Source: Paecilomyces variotii (taxonomy: Eukaryota). Taken from it: a stretch of DNA of 64,000 bases. How positions within the stretch are numbered: position 1 is the stretch's first letter; each line of letters opens with the position of its first letter. The notes beneath the pieces are model-generated. The model did not search any database, was not told where the DNA came from, and saw only the letters and a list, made by a program, of their open reading frames with translations. Made by a program: the position numbers and the translations under genes. Positions 11,389 to 24,721 of this stretch are shown here, piece by piece. The stretch lies in assembly GCA_004022145.1 (NCBI GenBank), contig RCNU01000011.1; one strand, given 5' to 3'.

Positions 11389-14344
11389 TTAAAAACACAG
11401 TAATGCAAGACTTTCACCTAGCACATTAATCACAATGTGATGTGCTGCAACCCAGGCTGCAGTGTAGAGAAATTTAGGAGAGAAGACTGTCCAGATAAAG
11501 AGATGTGTCCTTAGGACTGTGCATGCTGCCATGACAGACAACAGCATCATTGTAGAATGGAAGGTCAGGACTGCCAAGTGGTTTTGCCTGTCTACCTTGC
11601 CCCAACGTGGGTGAATAAGGTGTGTCGCGGACACCCACCATACTGGTCCGGCCCAATTACTCATGAATGTTAGGAATCCGACTAGGAGAATGTTGTAGTT
11701 GCCAACCCCATTATAGGCGCTGGATAAGTCGACGGAAGATATCGCATTTGATCCACCGAAGGCGAAGAAGCTCACATACTGTGAAATCAGTGATATGATG
11801 GTGATCTCTAGTCCAGTGAGGTCCATAGTTTCAAGAATGGATTTCTGGGCTCGGAGGACCAAAAACAACGGGATGTTTGTTGCTCTCGATTGAGTTATCA
11901 GAAGTAAACTTAAGGCCTCGTGTAGAATAATCCTTTCACCTGCGGTGCCGGTGTTAGTAATTTCGCGGCCAAGCAAGGTGAAGACGTACGTGTGTTTCCA
12001 GGACGGCGCCTCGTCCTCTCAGATACAGTGCATAGTATAACCAATGCGATGCCAAAGAAGACAAGTCTCGCTTGCATTATTAGCGATATCCTGCTCGCAA
12101 CTGTATCCACAAACTTGCTCATCAGGGGATGGTCAAGGAGCGCTGGCGAATCGGCTGCTGTGAAAGACATCTTGAATGTCAATGCCAGGCATGTTACTAT
12201 AAGGGATATTGACCTCTTAATGACCGCAAATCTGGATCCAGAAAAGGCAGAGATCATCCGACGGCAAGAGTCAAAATACGTCAGAAGGACAAGAGCCCAC
12301 AATAATGTCGGATGAGAAGGTAAGAAGTTTCGTGCAATGTCGGGCTCAGCTGAAAACTTTTGCCCCGTCTGATTCCAACGTCTCATTAGTCGATAAGTGA
12401 GCATAAGAGCAATGGCATGCATTCTGGGAAATTGTGATTCAGCCGCATCAGATCTCGCCCTGTATTCGAAATCCCGTTAGAAGTGAGAATGCAATCAATA
12501 CCGTTCCACTTACGACCTGATATGCAGATAGAATATCCACCCAGTGGCGACCCAATACCAGAACTGTTGCTCCTCCTCGACATAGCTGCTTGCAAACATC
12601 ATTGAGCAATAGCCTGCGATACTAAGAATTAAGAATACGCCAGTACGGCTTGCTTTCGACAGCGGAGTAAAAATCGCGGGAAGAGAGAGTAGGACGGCGA
12701 TCCCGGAGAACAATAGTCCCTGATAAAGTCTGGAAAGATCATAATTGCTAGCTGCATGGCTCATAAGCTCTTGCGCCATATATGAAAACCGGAACAGGTG
12801 GGACTCGATCTCAGCAAGAGTATCATTGCGCCCATCCGACGCCATGAGCATGTCGGAAATTTGATGCCAAGCGCACTCGAGCTCTTCAATATCGGACACC
12901 TTGGAGTCACAGCGGTGGAGTGGCGGCGTATTGTCAAACGCCCTGTTCGGAAATGCGGCTTTAACGATTCCTAGCATCTGGCTACAATTCTCCAAGAGAA
13001 GCTGGACTCTTTCCGAAACTGGGAAGTATTGATCAGCTTGAGGACTCGGGTTTTAGCACGGTTTCCGGCTATCTCTCACCATCATCCCACATTGTGAGAA
13101 GCTCCGGGATGAACACGCCCAAATTGTTTGTAGAGATAGGTATGCCAAGCAATCCTGCCAATGTAGGGGTTATATCTGACTGCTCGACTCTGCGATAGTA
13201 TTGGAAATCCTCAACAGCTTCCAGGGGTGATGCATTTTCGAACTGCTTCTGCGCAAATTTCGGCGACATGAACACAAGGGCTGCTGATGTCTCACCCGCA
13301 GACGAACCGCCATGATTACCAGCGTCATTCATCCCGTGGTCACCACAGAGAACAAGAAGTGTCGACTGAAGATGTTCGTGAGTATCTATTGCGGTATAGA
13401 TTTCTTTCACAATATCATCCATTTCATGTTGTTTCGGGAGCATATTCGGGCTTCGAGCGTATTAGTTAAGTTGGAGTAAGAGATGAACTCGACTCGTCCC
13501 ATACCTCTTCGGCCCAGCCTTATGGCCGATATGATCCAGACCGAGATAATGCATGACCAGAGTAGACCAGTCATCCCGCGCAAGTTCGTCGGGAATATGG
13601 CGAGTCACATTATTGTCTACCTCAGTGAAATCCTAGCATAAATTACGTGAATTCAGCATTGATATAGACTTTATCACAGAATCTGATTTTACACTGACCG
13701 ACACAAAAAAGCTCGTAGTTCCATCCGCTCTGTCAAACATTCCTGGGAACAGCTTCAACCAAGTATCATCTCCGTACATGACGAGGCGTCCTTCATATCT
13801 AGCCTTAAGCTGTGATAGCCACGTATCTTGATTGGCAAGGGTCGAAGTCGTATCAGACTCGGCTATGTTCAAGATTACGTCCAAGAAGGATGGCACTGAA
13901 CCGGTGGTGATAGCCTTCAGACGAGGCATAGTCACCGTTGGAGGACTGGCATGAGCAGTGAAAGGAAGAGCGACACCGGATCGGATCAAGCTATACAGTT
14001 AGAGCGTTGCCAAGGAATATTATCTAGCTCATGGTAGCCAACCTTTGCGTGAACGAGAAACCCGACGCGTCGGAGTAGACAAAATCACTGTAACTGGGCG
14101 TTAGCAGAGTGCAGCGCTCTATAGAAGGGCCAATGGAGTGCTACCTTCTTAAAGCATCGACTACCATGAATATGAGCTTGTTATAGATTTGTGGCGGTCT
14201 ACGGTATTCCCTTGAGTCGTCAAATGAAGCGTGCCCTTGCAATAACGGCTTGTAGGGAAAGAAGCCAGTCGCGAATATGACCATAGCGATCAGTACCAGC
14301 AAATTAGCGACAAGAGTCGCAAGCTTCATAATTGAAGGAGCCAT
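11389..14344 (-). CDS. gpi7: GPI ethanolamine-phosphate transferase 2 (PIG-G/Gpi7)
   Basis: Motifs FATGFFPYKP, KLIFMVVDALR, PPTVTMPRLKAITTGSVPSFLD, GDDTWLKLFP, CGDHGMNDAGNHGGSS, multiple TM segments and C-terminal RTHLFIWTVFSPK. Confidence 0.92.
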
Positions 14345-14840
14345 TGCGCCCTGAATCAAACATTGGCGTAATCGGTAGCACCGTCAGCTCAGGGTATATT
14401 ACAATGCAGATGCTACGATACCAACGCCGTACTTATTCCGCGGCATCTATTAGTTCTACCTGTCAACATGATCTACACCGCCTTCCAAATTCTGCCGAGT
14501 CGTTCCAATGCATAAGAGCAATCAACTTGTTCTTGTTAACTACATTCTACGTTTCTTGAATATACACAAAATACAGTAACAAATGTATACTAATGCCGGG
14601 AAGTTTGAATATACGATATTATTTAATCTAATATACTTATACTCAGGACGCCCATTGACAACCGGACCAAACATCTGGGACCATTCGTCGGTTCGGAGAT
14701 TGTGTCGAGGTTGACCTGAGGGGAAAAGGCACGAAGTATTCATGATGATTGCCAATGTCGATGTATCACTTCCAATAACAGCCCAGACGCCAGCGCCTTG
14801 TCAACATAATAAAGCAGATCCTTAAAGCTCACCACCCAGA

Positions 14841-15421
14841 TCACTTTCTCTTGGAGGCCCTCTTTTCTTTGTGAGGGTTCCGCGGAAATACAATCGACGA
14901 ACGGGGCTTCTTGTTGCGACGCTTTTGCACACGACCGTTCTTTTTCGAGGAATGTGTCTTGGTAGTAGATTGATTCACTCCATCGATATCCATTTCTATT
15001 TGGCAACCATGTCAGCTGAACTGATCCGGTATCATTCTCGTAGGGGATACTTAGGGGAACAGAAGAGACGAGAAAGGTGCCAAAAATTTTCTTGCTATAG
15101 AAATGAAAGCAAAAGGAGTAATGTAATGGCTTACCAGCATCCGAGTTCTGCCCTTTGTGGTTGGCAGCATCTGCATCTTGCTTGTCTGGACCATGATTAG
15201 AGGACTCTGGTCTTGTCTAAACTGTTGGGGTGAGACATACCGGTAGTATTGTCCACTTCCATACCAGCTGCATCCGTATCTTTCGGTCGGGGCTGAGCTG
15301 CTAACTCCTGCAGCTTCGCAGAGAGCCTTGCCGTGCGGGCGTCCACGGCAGGCCCAAAAACTGTAGCTCTCAGCTTGGCCCTGTTGCGTTTCTGCACGCT
15401 GGATCGAATGCTCTTGGCCAT
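14841..15421 (-). CDS. Small basic DUF2423 (YBL028C-like) protein, 3 exons
   Basis: Begins MAKSIRSSVQKRNRAKLRATVFGPAVDARTARLSAKL. Introns start GTATGT (~15240) and GTAAGC (~15134). Last exon EMDIDG...VQKRRNKKPRSSIVFPRNPHKEKRASKRK*. Confidence 0.75.
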
Positions 15422-15909
15422 TTTTTCGAGGAGGGTACAAAAATCCTCTCAGCCCAGTTAGAAGCGAAGAATAGCGATGCCTGGATTCTGCGTGAAATGA
15501 AAGTGAGAGCTTAAATCCGAGGACTTTTTTTTTTCTTGGTCTTCTTTTCCCGCTAGTTTTTGTTCCGCTCGGAGCGGCCTGTGGCGATAATAATTGAACT
15601 TGTAGTTAATTAACAAGGTGGGCTGCGTTCCCTGTCTTATGTCATCATATCACCTCAAAGTAGTTAACTGACTGCCTCCAAACCGCCGATACAGTGTATC
15701 GCATCTGTTAAGCAGATGTCTGGGATCTAGCTGCCCATCGTTTCGATTCCTGACTATTATTTATGGAGGGAACAGATCTGAAATGTCTCTGCGTCAAACC
15801 ATCACGAGGAAATCTGCCGTCTCGAGCCACCACCTATCGTGACAAGCCCTGGTGGTCCCCAATCTAGCTACTCAGGACCTTTTGTTCACCCTCTCTTCTT
15901 CTCTCGACA

Positions 15910-17883
15910 ATGGCCTCTCCAGGGCAGGCTCCCGATTTCCAGAGCATCACCGCCCTGATCAAGACGCTTACCAATGTTCAACTGAAGGATATCCTCCGAA
16001 ACGAAGGCCTCACCGTTTCTGGCGTTAAGGTGTCGCTGCAGCTCCGCATTATTGACTGTCAGTTTATCAACCCAACACACCACTCCCCTCGTCCTTGCCT
16101 TGAAAACCCCTCTACCTTGTTCCTTCTCAGACTCGATTCCTTCGCTCCAGGCTTACATTTGCCGCTTGCTAACGTGCTGGATAGATATTGAGAGACTCTA
16201 CCAAGGCGGACATATCGATCGCTATAATCAGCTCAAAAAGTTCATCTATGCCACTGCTCACCGGTCCCTGCCTAGCTCTCTGAGTCTGTCGCCATCAGCA
16301 CATCCAAATAATCCTAGTTCCACACTCCAGCCCACCTCTGCACAGAGTAGGCAGTCCTCCCTTGGGTCAGGGATGACATCACAACCATTCTCGACAGGTA
16401 GGTCTATGCGCCTGCCGTTTTGTTCGCATTAGCTCACTATGCTCCAGGCCGTTTGACTTTCAAAGATAGTCCATTTTATACCATCCTAGAGCCTCTTACC
16501 CCGACTATGGAATGCAAAGGTGTGAGCGCATTCTGTTAATCCTTCAAAGAACTGAAGTGCTGATGAAATCTCCAAGTCCGAGAACATACAAGGGATAGTG
16601 TCGAACTTAGGGTGGTTCTTAACACGTCTGTTGCTGCAAAACTACAGAATGATCCGAACGTTAGAGTAATGGTCTACTGCGCCGCAGATACTGGTCTCAA
16701 TCAGTACTCGAAATCAGACATTGCATTTCCTCATCAGGTTGAATTAAAGGCGAATCTCGACGAGGTTAAGGCAAACCTCAGGGGCCTCAAGAACAAACCT
16801 GGGTCAACAAGACCAGCTGATGTGACAAACCATATCCGGAAAAAGCCAGGCTATCCTAACCATATTGTCATGACATACGCCCTGACCCAGAAGGCAAGTA
16901 TTTCCCCCACGGCCAAAAGCAGTATCAACAAGTGTACAGTGGTGTTTTATGCGTGTCATTCTGCTAACCTCCCATACAGAAGTTTTTCGTTCTCGTAAAC
17001 CTAGTTCAGCGACATCCTGTTGAGGAACTCGTGGCAAAGCTGAAAGCGAGAAAGACCATCTCCAAGGAACAGGTAGTCCGAGAGAGTGCGTTATATTTTC
17101 CCCGGAATCATGCTCTTTGCTCTGACCTCTTCTAGTGAGAAGCAGAGCGGAAGACTCAGATATCATCACGACTTCCAGCATTATGTCCTTAAAATGCCCC
17201 CTATCGACCCTGAGGATCGAGGTCCCATGCCGATCGGTCATATGTACCCACAACCAATGCTTTGATGCGTCTTCCTTTCTTCAACTACAGGAGCAAGCAC
17301 CTACCTGGACGTGTCCTGTCTGTAACAAAGCCACGAGCTTTGAATCATTGCAGATTGATCAGTATGTTATCTCTTTTCCCAATTCGAAATGCGTGGTTAG
17401 ATCTAACAGGCTAGATATGTGGACGATATACTCCGGTCTACTCCCCCAGAAGTCGATCAAGTCATAGTAGAGCCCACTGGCAAATGGTCGAATCCAAAGG
17501 ACGAAGAATCAACACCACAGGGTGGTGGAGTGACACCCGCCACTGATGACGACGATGACTTAATAGAGATTAAAGAACCCTCCACGGTGCCGTTAAAACA
17601 GGAACCCCTTCCAGTGCATATTACACTGCAACGGACACCTGCGCAGTCACGGGAGCCATCGACTACCTCGTCTGCTACGAGACCATCATCCAACAAACGA
17701 TCAGCCGCCCAAGTGATCGATCTCACAGGCAGTGATGATGAGGAAACTCCACCTAGGCAACCAAAGAGGCAGGCTCTTAGTCTCCCGGGCCAATTGTTCC
17801 CTCAACACAGATTGCAGGGCTCTTTTGGCCACACTTCGGGGAACGGGGCGGACTCGAATTTCTCTTACCAAAACGGCTTCTGA
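15910..17883 (+). CDS. sizA: SUMO E3 ligase, Siz/PIAS family (SAP, PINIT, SP-RING/MIZ zinc finger)
   Basis: SAP-like LTNVQLKDILRNEGLTVSGVK; PINIT-like IAFPHQVELKAN...NKPGSTRPADVT; SP-RING SLKCPLSTLRIEVPCRSVICTHNQCFDASSFLQLQEQAPTWTCPVC; SIM VIDLTGSDDEE. Contains a GC-AG intron at 16894-16979. Confidence 0.92.
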
Positions 17884-18681
17884 GTCCCCCCTTCCCCGGA
17901 GGACAGCCACTTACATTACCTCGTGATCTGATACAATTATTCATGGTTATACGGCGCGCATGGTCTTTTATGGCGTTAGATGGTGCCGGAAAACGGATGA
18001 TCTACGGATATTTTCTTAAGGTACTGATTACCGCTAGGATGGTTGGTGATTGATTTCGGTCAAGCACTGGAGTACTTGTCCCCTTTCAGACATGTTAGCT
18101 GCATGTCATTAATCTTCTTTGACGACTGCTAGCGCGGGAGCATAACTGAAGATGGCTGATAAGTCCCGAGTTTCTTTCATGACCTGATGATCAATCGTGC
18201 TATATTCTCTGTAGATAAACAATTATACCAAGAACTCTGGTTTTGCAATCGATTTCTGGGCTGTCTCTACTGCAGTAATCTGAATGGAACTAGTACGCTG
18301 TCTTTATCTACCTACCTAGGTAGGCACCTAGGTATCTAGATACTAAACTACTGCGGGCAATCTGCCGAGGCCGGGGCTAAAGGCTAAATTCACCTACCCA
18401 CTCATTCCGGACCCCGTAAGTACCAGTGCCTAGGCGTTAATATTATTTACTAGGCCTAGGTACTACTGATCTCCGCGACATCACCTCAGGTACCTACTAC
18501 GAACAAGCGCGACAGTGGTGTGTCACAAGGGAACCAGAAGAGAACAATTTTTGTCCGCGCTGCTGTCTGACCTAAATCCAGGCGGGCTTTCCGCCTCATC
18601 GATGATCTCGGGGGTAACTCTACCGCCCATTCCACCACCGTCACTCGCGTCTCGCACCATACTACCTCATACCCCAATCCA

Positions 18682-19563
18682 ATGTCTTTCGATACTCCGT
18701 TACCTCCATACAGCGCGTCTGATCCTCACGCCCGATTCTTAGGCGCATCATGCCTCGATCTGCTTCTTATAGAGATTGTGCCGATGGCGGAGCGTCTGGT
18801 GCGGGAACTATCGACTTCCGAGGACGGCATGGATGACGAAGAGCAAAAGGAAGCGACGTTTTTTCGTCTGGAATCATTAGGATACAGAGTCGGACAAGGT
18901 CTTGCTGAGAGGTGAGAGAGAGAGAGGAGAGAGAGAGAGAGCATGTGCTGTCCAATGTTCCTTTGAACATGAACAACACAGCCTGACCCTCCCCCCTCGC
19001 GAGACGAGTTGATAAGCAGGACTCAATTCGCAACCTGCGCTTATCGTTCGTATGCTGACTGACTGGTTTCGATTTTTCTTTTCAAAATAGATTCTCTCGA
19101 GATCGACCGCGATTCACAGATAACCTCGACGTCATCAAATTCCTATGCAAAGATCTATGGACGATTCTGTTCAGGAAACAAGTGGATAATTTGAAAACGA
19201 ACCACAGGGTGAGAATGAGCGCCCGGATGATATGACAGAGCTGGAATGTCGAATATACGGGGGCTGACATTGACGTCCAGGGAGTCTTCGTTTTAACTGA
19301 TAATTCCTTCCGGCCATTCAGCAGGATGAGTATGGCCGTACGGAGTGACGCCGTCGCAAGAGCCCAAGCCGTGAGATCGCCCATCTAAGCAGACCACATT
19401 TGAATTGCCAGGCTAACTAACGTTTGCTTAGTATTTATGGTTCCCGTGCGGTGTAATACGCGGCGTGCTGGCCAGCATGAATATAAATGCTACAGTACAA
19501 GCAGAAACGTCCGATCTACCGGGGGCGACCTTCCAGATCAAAACCATCCTTCCAAAGCCGTGA
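18682..19563 (+). CDS. trs33: TRAPP complex subunit Trs33 (Bet3 family)
   Basis: Spliced sequence [16 protein letters not shown] / [39 protein letters not shown] / [10 protein letters not shown] / [11 protein letters not shown]...[10 protein letters not shown]. Confidence 0.9.
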
Positions 19564-19844
19564 GCTGCTGGACAGACTTCTCGCGCGCTTTCATTTACAC
19601 ACTATAGCCTGATGACATATGGAGAGACGAGTGGGAACGATGGAGTTCATGATTTAAAACTCATGCTAGTTTTCTAATTTTCGGCGAGACCCCGCTTAAA
19701 CACACGTCTCCAGAAGTTTGAGCTGTTAGAAATTACAGATAAGGGAGGGCCTCCCGATTCTGTTCTCTGAATTCAACTATCGGCTGTCTTAAAACGCCTT
19801 CGTGACAATTCATTCAATGGTTCATCGTGTCAAGGACCTAATAC

Positions 19845-19851
19845 TCAAAGC
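19845..19851 (-). other. Predicted alternative terminal micro-exon of MDH (G-CTT-TGA) giving C-terminal PKL
   Basis: Donor GTAAAT at 20017 overlaps the AAG-TAA stop. Branch GCTAAT at 19879-19874. Acceptor GATAG ends at 19852. Confidence 0.75.
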
Positions 19852-20013
19852 CTATCTTCCCAGCGTAGCAGCCATTAGCACGAATCCTCCGAACAGCTTT
19901 GGGAAATTCCATTGATGACACTTGATGGGGTTGAATATATGTTATGGTGATACAGGAAACAATGAATCTAGGGAGGATGCACTGAGAGATAGCCAGCGAC
20001 TGGGAGTGGATAT

Positions 20014-21431
20014 TTACTTTGGGGGAGGGTTGTTGACGAAGTCAATGCCTTTCTCAATGTTGCCCTTGAGGCCCTTGATGGCAGCCTCCAACAGCTTCTT
20101 CTCCTGGTCGGAGACGCCCTCGAGGATGTTGACAGCCTTCTCAGCACCGTTGGCCTTTTCAATGGTGTTAGCATTGTGAACCCGAAATCAATGAGCGTCA
20201 TTGAGGATCTACTTACTCCCAATTCCACGGGGACGGAGAAGAACTCAACGCCAGTCTCCTTGGCAATAGCATCACCGCCAGGGACACCAGGCAGGTAGAC
20301 GTAAGTAGGCTCTAGGATGTTCTTCTCGCCCTTCTGAGCCTTAATGACACTCTCGGCAAATCTACAAAAACCGTTAGCGAACAGCTCATCATTGACTGGA
20401 AAGCTGGGTGTCGCACCTGAAACCAGCATAGGCCATGGAGAGGGTGGCAGAACCAGCACCATCCTTGGCCTTCACGACCTCGTCACCGCCAAACTGGACA
20501 CCTTGTTCATAGTCAGCTAAATGAATTCTGGAACCTCGCCTTTCAGGTGCACTTACGGTTCACCAGAGCATCGTACTTGTCTGCAGGGATCTGGAAAGAA
20601 GGCTTGGCCTTGCTGAAAAGAGGGACAATGGTCTCTCCGGAGTGTCCACCGACAACGGGGATGAAAGTCTGGGATGGGTCTGCCTGACCACTGTACTCCT
20701 GAACGAAAGTCTCGGCACGAACAACATCCAGGGTAGTAACACCAAAGAGGCGCTTGGGGTCAAAGACGCCCGCCTTCTTCAGGACCTCTGCGGCAATGGG
20801 GACGGTGGAGTTGACAGGGTTGGAAATGATGAGGATGAAGGCCTTGGGAGCAAAGTCTGCGATGCCCTTGACCAGGGTCTGGACAATGCCAGCGTTGACC
20901 TTGAAGAGGTCATCACGGGTCATACCCGGCTTTCCTGTACGGAGAAATCAGTCAGAGCTCGAGCTGATACATATACAGCGTCCAATGGAGGGAGACTAAC
21001 GGGGAATGCCGGCTGGGATGACGACAATATCAGCGCCAGTAAGGGCATTCTTGAGGCCATCATCCTTTGGCAGGAAACCAGAAACCTTCTGTTCAGATGT
21101 GAGCGCCATGAGCAAGCAGAAGGAGTGGTGAAGGAATACGTACGGCTCTGGAGGAGATATGAGAGAGATCTGCGGCAACACCAGGAGTGTTCACCACATC
21201 GTAAAGACCGAGCTCATCGACCAGAGGGCTGGCTTTCAGGAGCAGAGAAAGAGGCTGTCACGGCGCAAGGTCAATCAGCGGATTATTCAAGAGATTGACA
21301 ACGGTATAGAGGATCGATTCCTACCTGGCCGATACCACCAGCAGCTCCGAGAACGACTGCGAGTTTGTTATGTTAGCAGCTGCATGGCTACTACAAACTC
21401 AGAGAGGGAAAAACCAACCTGCTTTAACCAT
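20014..21431 (-). CDS. mdh: NAD-dependent malate dehydrogenase without mitochondrial presequence (cytosolic/peroxisomal type)
   Basis: [86 protein letters not shown]. The unspliced 3' end reads FVNNPPPK* (TAA at 20016-20014). Confidence 0.95.
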
Positions 21432-22426
21432 GATGAAGGAGTCTGAAGGGTTCGTTTATAATCTGGTTGTACGGGTTGGATGTCAGTAGAGGAAGCAGGA
21501 GGAAATGATGGATGACAGCAATGTTGACGGGAAACCCGAGGAGCTCGAAAAAGGCGGGGTGGGAGGAGGAGAGGAGGGGCACTGCGGCCAGGGACCAAGG
21601 GAGGAAGGCACGCGGCTGATCGGATACGTAGACTAAACGCCGCAACAGAGGACGTACCAAGAGGACAGGCAGCAATTGGGATGGTTAATTATGTCGTGTT
21701 GGCTTCTGCTTGACTGCCAACCTTAAATCTGACTTAATATGGTGGGAGGGGACTACGAGTATATATATACCTATATATATATATATATGCATTATTTCCA
21801 GGACAAAGGGAAGGCGATCGGGAACGGACAACGTGTGGGGTTGACGGGTGCGGGCGAACGCTCGCTGGACCATACCAATGGTAGATACAGCACAGAGGCA
21901 ATTGTTACGAGCTTTCATGGAGGCTTGTGTCATCGCGGTCTTGGACCTCTCGCCAATAACGAGGCTGACTCTCTTTCATGACCCATCCTGTCATCGGGTA
22001 AAGGCGGATGAGGTTGGCAGTCTACGGGAATGGCACGGAAGAGAGCTTACTAGGGGATTCACAGATATTGGCAAGTCCCGAGGCAGATCAACTCCGTCCA
22101 TGGCAAGCCGGATGGAGCTCCCGACCTCGGCCAAATACATATGTAATACCATGCTTCAACGGTTGGCCTATTTTCCGTGACGGAAGAACAAAAAAGAAGA
22201 CACTGGATTTTCGCCCAGACACCGACAATGAGGACCCAACAGGACAATATCTAAGTCACACTGAGACTAGATTCAAGGCATGTCTTGTCGCCTTTCGTTC
22301 CATTACACCACCCCTAGAGGGACGTGACCCAGTAACAGCCAGCCTGGTGACTTCCCTGAATATGCCACCCTTCCGCTGGATTTTTTCCTTTTCTCGGATT
22401 GTTTTGACGGTCGGTTGAAAATGTGT

Positions 22427-23253
22427 TTACGCAGACTCCTTCTCGGCGGCTCTGGCCTTGGCTCCCCGGACCTTGGAAGGAGGAGACACCTTCTTGGTGC
22501 GCTGGGAGCGACGGATGGCGCTGACACGGGCAACAGCCTCCTCGCGGAGGTCAGCACGGTAGCCGTTCTTGGCAGTGTTGTTGGCGACACCCTTGTAGAT
22601 CCTAGAAAGAGAGGTATCAGCACTGCCCGCAGCGATGCTGATGGCATGTGTCCTGAGACACCGCACTTACTTGCGGTTGGAGGCGTTAGGGCCCCAAGTG
22701 ACGGTGTTGATGCTCTGAGCAGGTTGCTGGGGCTTGCCAGAAGTCTTGGAGATGAAGACAACGCCGCCCTTCTCGGTGGGCTGGACACCAACAGCCTATA
22801 AAAGAGGTGTAAGTACCCGTATCGTAGGGATTCATAGCTCCAATGTCGGAGGCACGGGCCATACCTTGTTGTTGGAATAACCAGCGTACTAAAATGATGA
22901 CGAGTTAGCGCTCCAATACTTCGTGATGCCGGAATTCTGGTTTATACCTATCAGGTACATACCTTGAAGGAGTTCTTGTTGATCAGGTTCAGAGGGTCAC
23001 GAGAGAACTGGACACCACCGGCGCTGGGGCGCTTGACCAGAAAAGCATTCTGGTTGCCTGTACATCCAATGTCGAATTAGTCCTATCTCCTATCCCAATG
23101 TAACTGCCGGAACAGGGCGTCCTGGAAAAAAGTGTCGGCACATGCATAACTGCGGAGGCGCAACATTTATCCCGGGTCTCTCAAATAAAGGTGGAACGTA
23201 CGGGTGATCTGCCAGATCAGGTCGTTGGAGACGTTGGATCTCTCGGTGGCCAT
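22427..23253 (-). CDS. rpl28: 60S ribosomal protein L28 (eL28), multi-exon
   Basis: Spliced sequence MATERSNVSNDLIWQIT / NQNAFLVKRPSAGGVQFSRDPLNLINKNSFK / YAGYSNNK / ...KGVANNTAKNGYRADLREEAVARVSAIRRSQ. Confidence 0.93.
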
Positions 23254-23761
23254 TTTGACGGTCGGGATTGTCCTGGTGATGGAAAGGGGACAATAAGGGC
23301 GATTAATGTCGTTCTTTCTTGTATCCTTCGACGAGATAATTGTGTGCGCCGGCGCCCAGAACAATAACGGTAACTAACTGGGGCCGCTGCGAGCCCTGTC
23401 CAGCTCGCTAATTTAGCCCCTTTTAGTCTAGTGCAACAAGGCATTTACTCATGCCTGAAATTGCAGGCTTCAAGGCCGTGCTCGGAAGTCGGCGGCGTGA
23501 TCACGAGTAATAATACGACGACGTTGCCTGCTTTTGTATCAGCTCAAACCACCGGCCTCTCTTCCCTAAATACCCCAAGAGCTTATCATGGCAATCGTCC
23601 ATCTGCACCGCCAGATGCAGATTGTGTATCGTATCACAGCATAGGATATCTGGCATACTCCGCCGCTGTCTGACCTCATTCGCTTGAGATACCTAACTAG
23701 TCACGTCACATCTCTCGATTCCTCATTTCCTCACTCTCGTTTTACCCAGCCATCTTACACT

Positions 23762-24203
23762 ATGGGCTACTATTTACTCTATACCCTGACTCTGTCCGTT
23801 CTGGTCTTTGGGACTGGTAAGCTTTCTTTCGGCTCTCCGAAGTACGCGTATCTGATGGTGGTCCGAGCTGACGGTTCAAATAGCGCTTTATCTTACTCGG
23901 TCCCGATGGATGCCGCTGATTCCAATACCTGATTATCTATACGACCGTCTGCCTGACAGCTTTACCGCTGATATTGAAGCTGGATTTACATCAACCGATT
24001 TCGACCTATCTGCCAACGTCGCGGAAGGCGACTCTAGAGCGGGGCTAGACCGGAAGGCGAAACGCGAGATTCGAAGATTGATGAGGAGCAGGCGCGTCAA
24101 TTTCGACGAGGCTCGTCGGTTATATACAGAGCAGCGATTTGCGAAGAACAACATCGGACCCGATGGTCGGCCCAGGGATCCTAAATTCGTCTCGTTCTCA
24201 TGA
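23762..24203 (+). CDS. Small fungal membrane-anchored protein, DUF2015 (YCL012C-like), 2 exons
   Basis: Hydrophobic N-terminus MGYYLLYTLTLSVLVFGT, then an intron (~23817-23884), then YDRLPDSFTADIEAGFTSTDFDLSANV...DSRAGLD...FDEARR...NNIGPDGRPRDPKFVSFS. Confidence 0.8.
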
Positions 24204-24721
24204 TTCGCGAACTTTATGCACAATGCATCTCACATATGGCCTGTTCTGAGCAGACTGTATCCGCGTGACACTGCAATGATATGACCCAAATACCCTTTGG
24301 CCTTGGAGACAGAGCGCCTGGGATCCGGTGTCATCCCTCTGACGGCTAAAGCCCTTGACCTGCGGAACTATCAAAAAAATCCCCAGTGCATGACGCATCT
24401 TTCCCTTTTTCTTATCTTCCTTCTAAGTTCCCCTTAACAAACAATTCAGTACCCAACGATTCGTACACATTCCGGGCTGCGTCTTTCCACTGCTGTTCCA
24501 TGCACTCGTTCCACCATTTCAGTCACATGTACTAATCATCGCGTCTGGTTAAAGAGCGAAATAGAAGGTCTTTTCAAGCGCTGATATCCACTGCTGAGTA
24601 AACCCCTGTGCGCGGGTTTCTGGGATCAAGAAGATCACCTATCCGACGCGGGGTGAAGAAATTGGCGCAAACCCTTTTTCTGAAGGTAATTGATTTAGCC
24701 TCTGCAAGATAGGCAGCTAAT

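Noticed and set aside
20642-21298. 218-aa plus-strand ORF
   Set aside because: Antisense to highly biased MDH exons.
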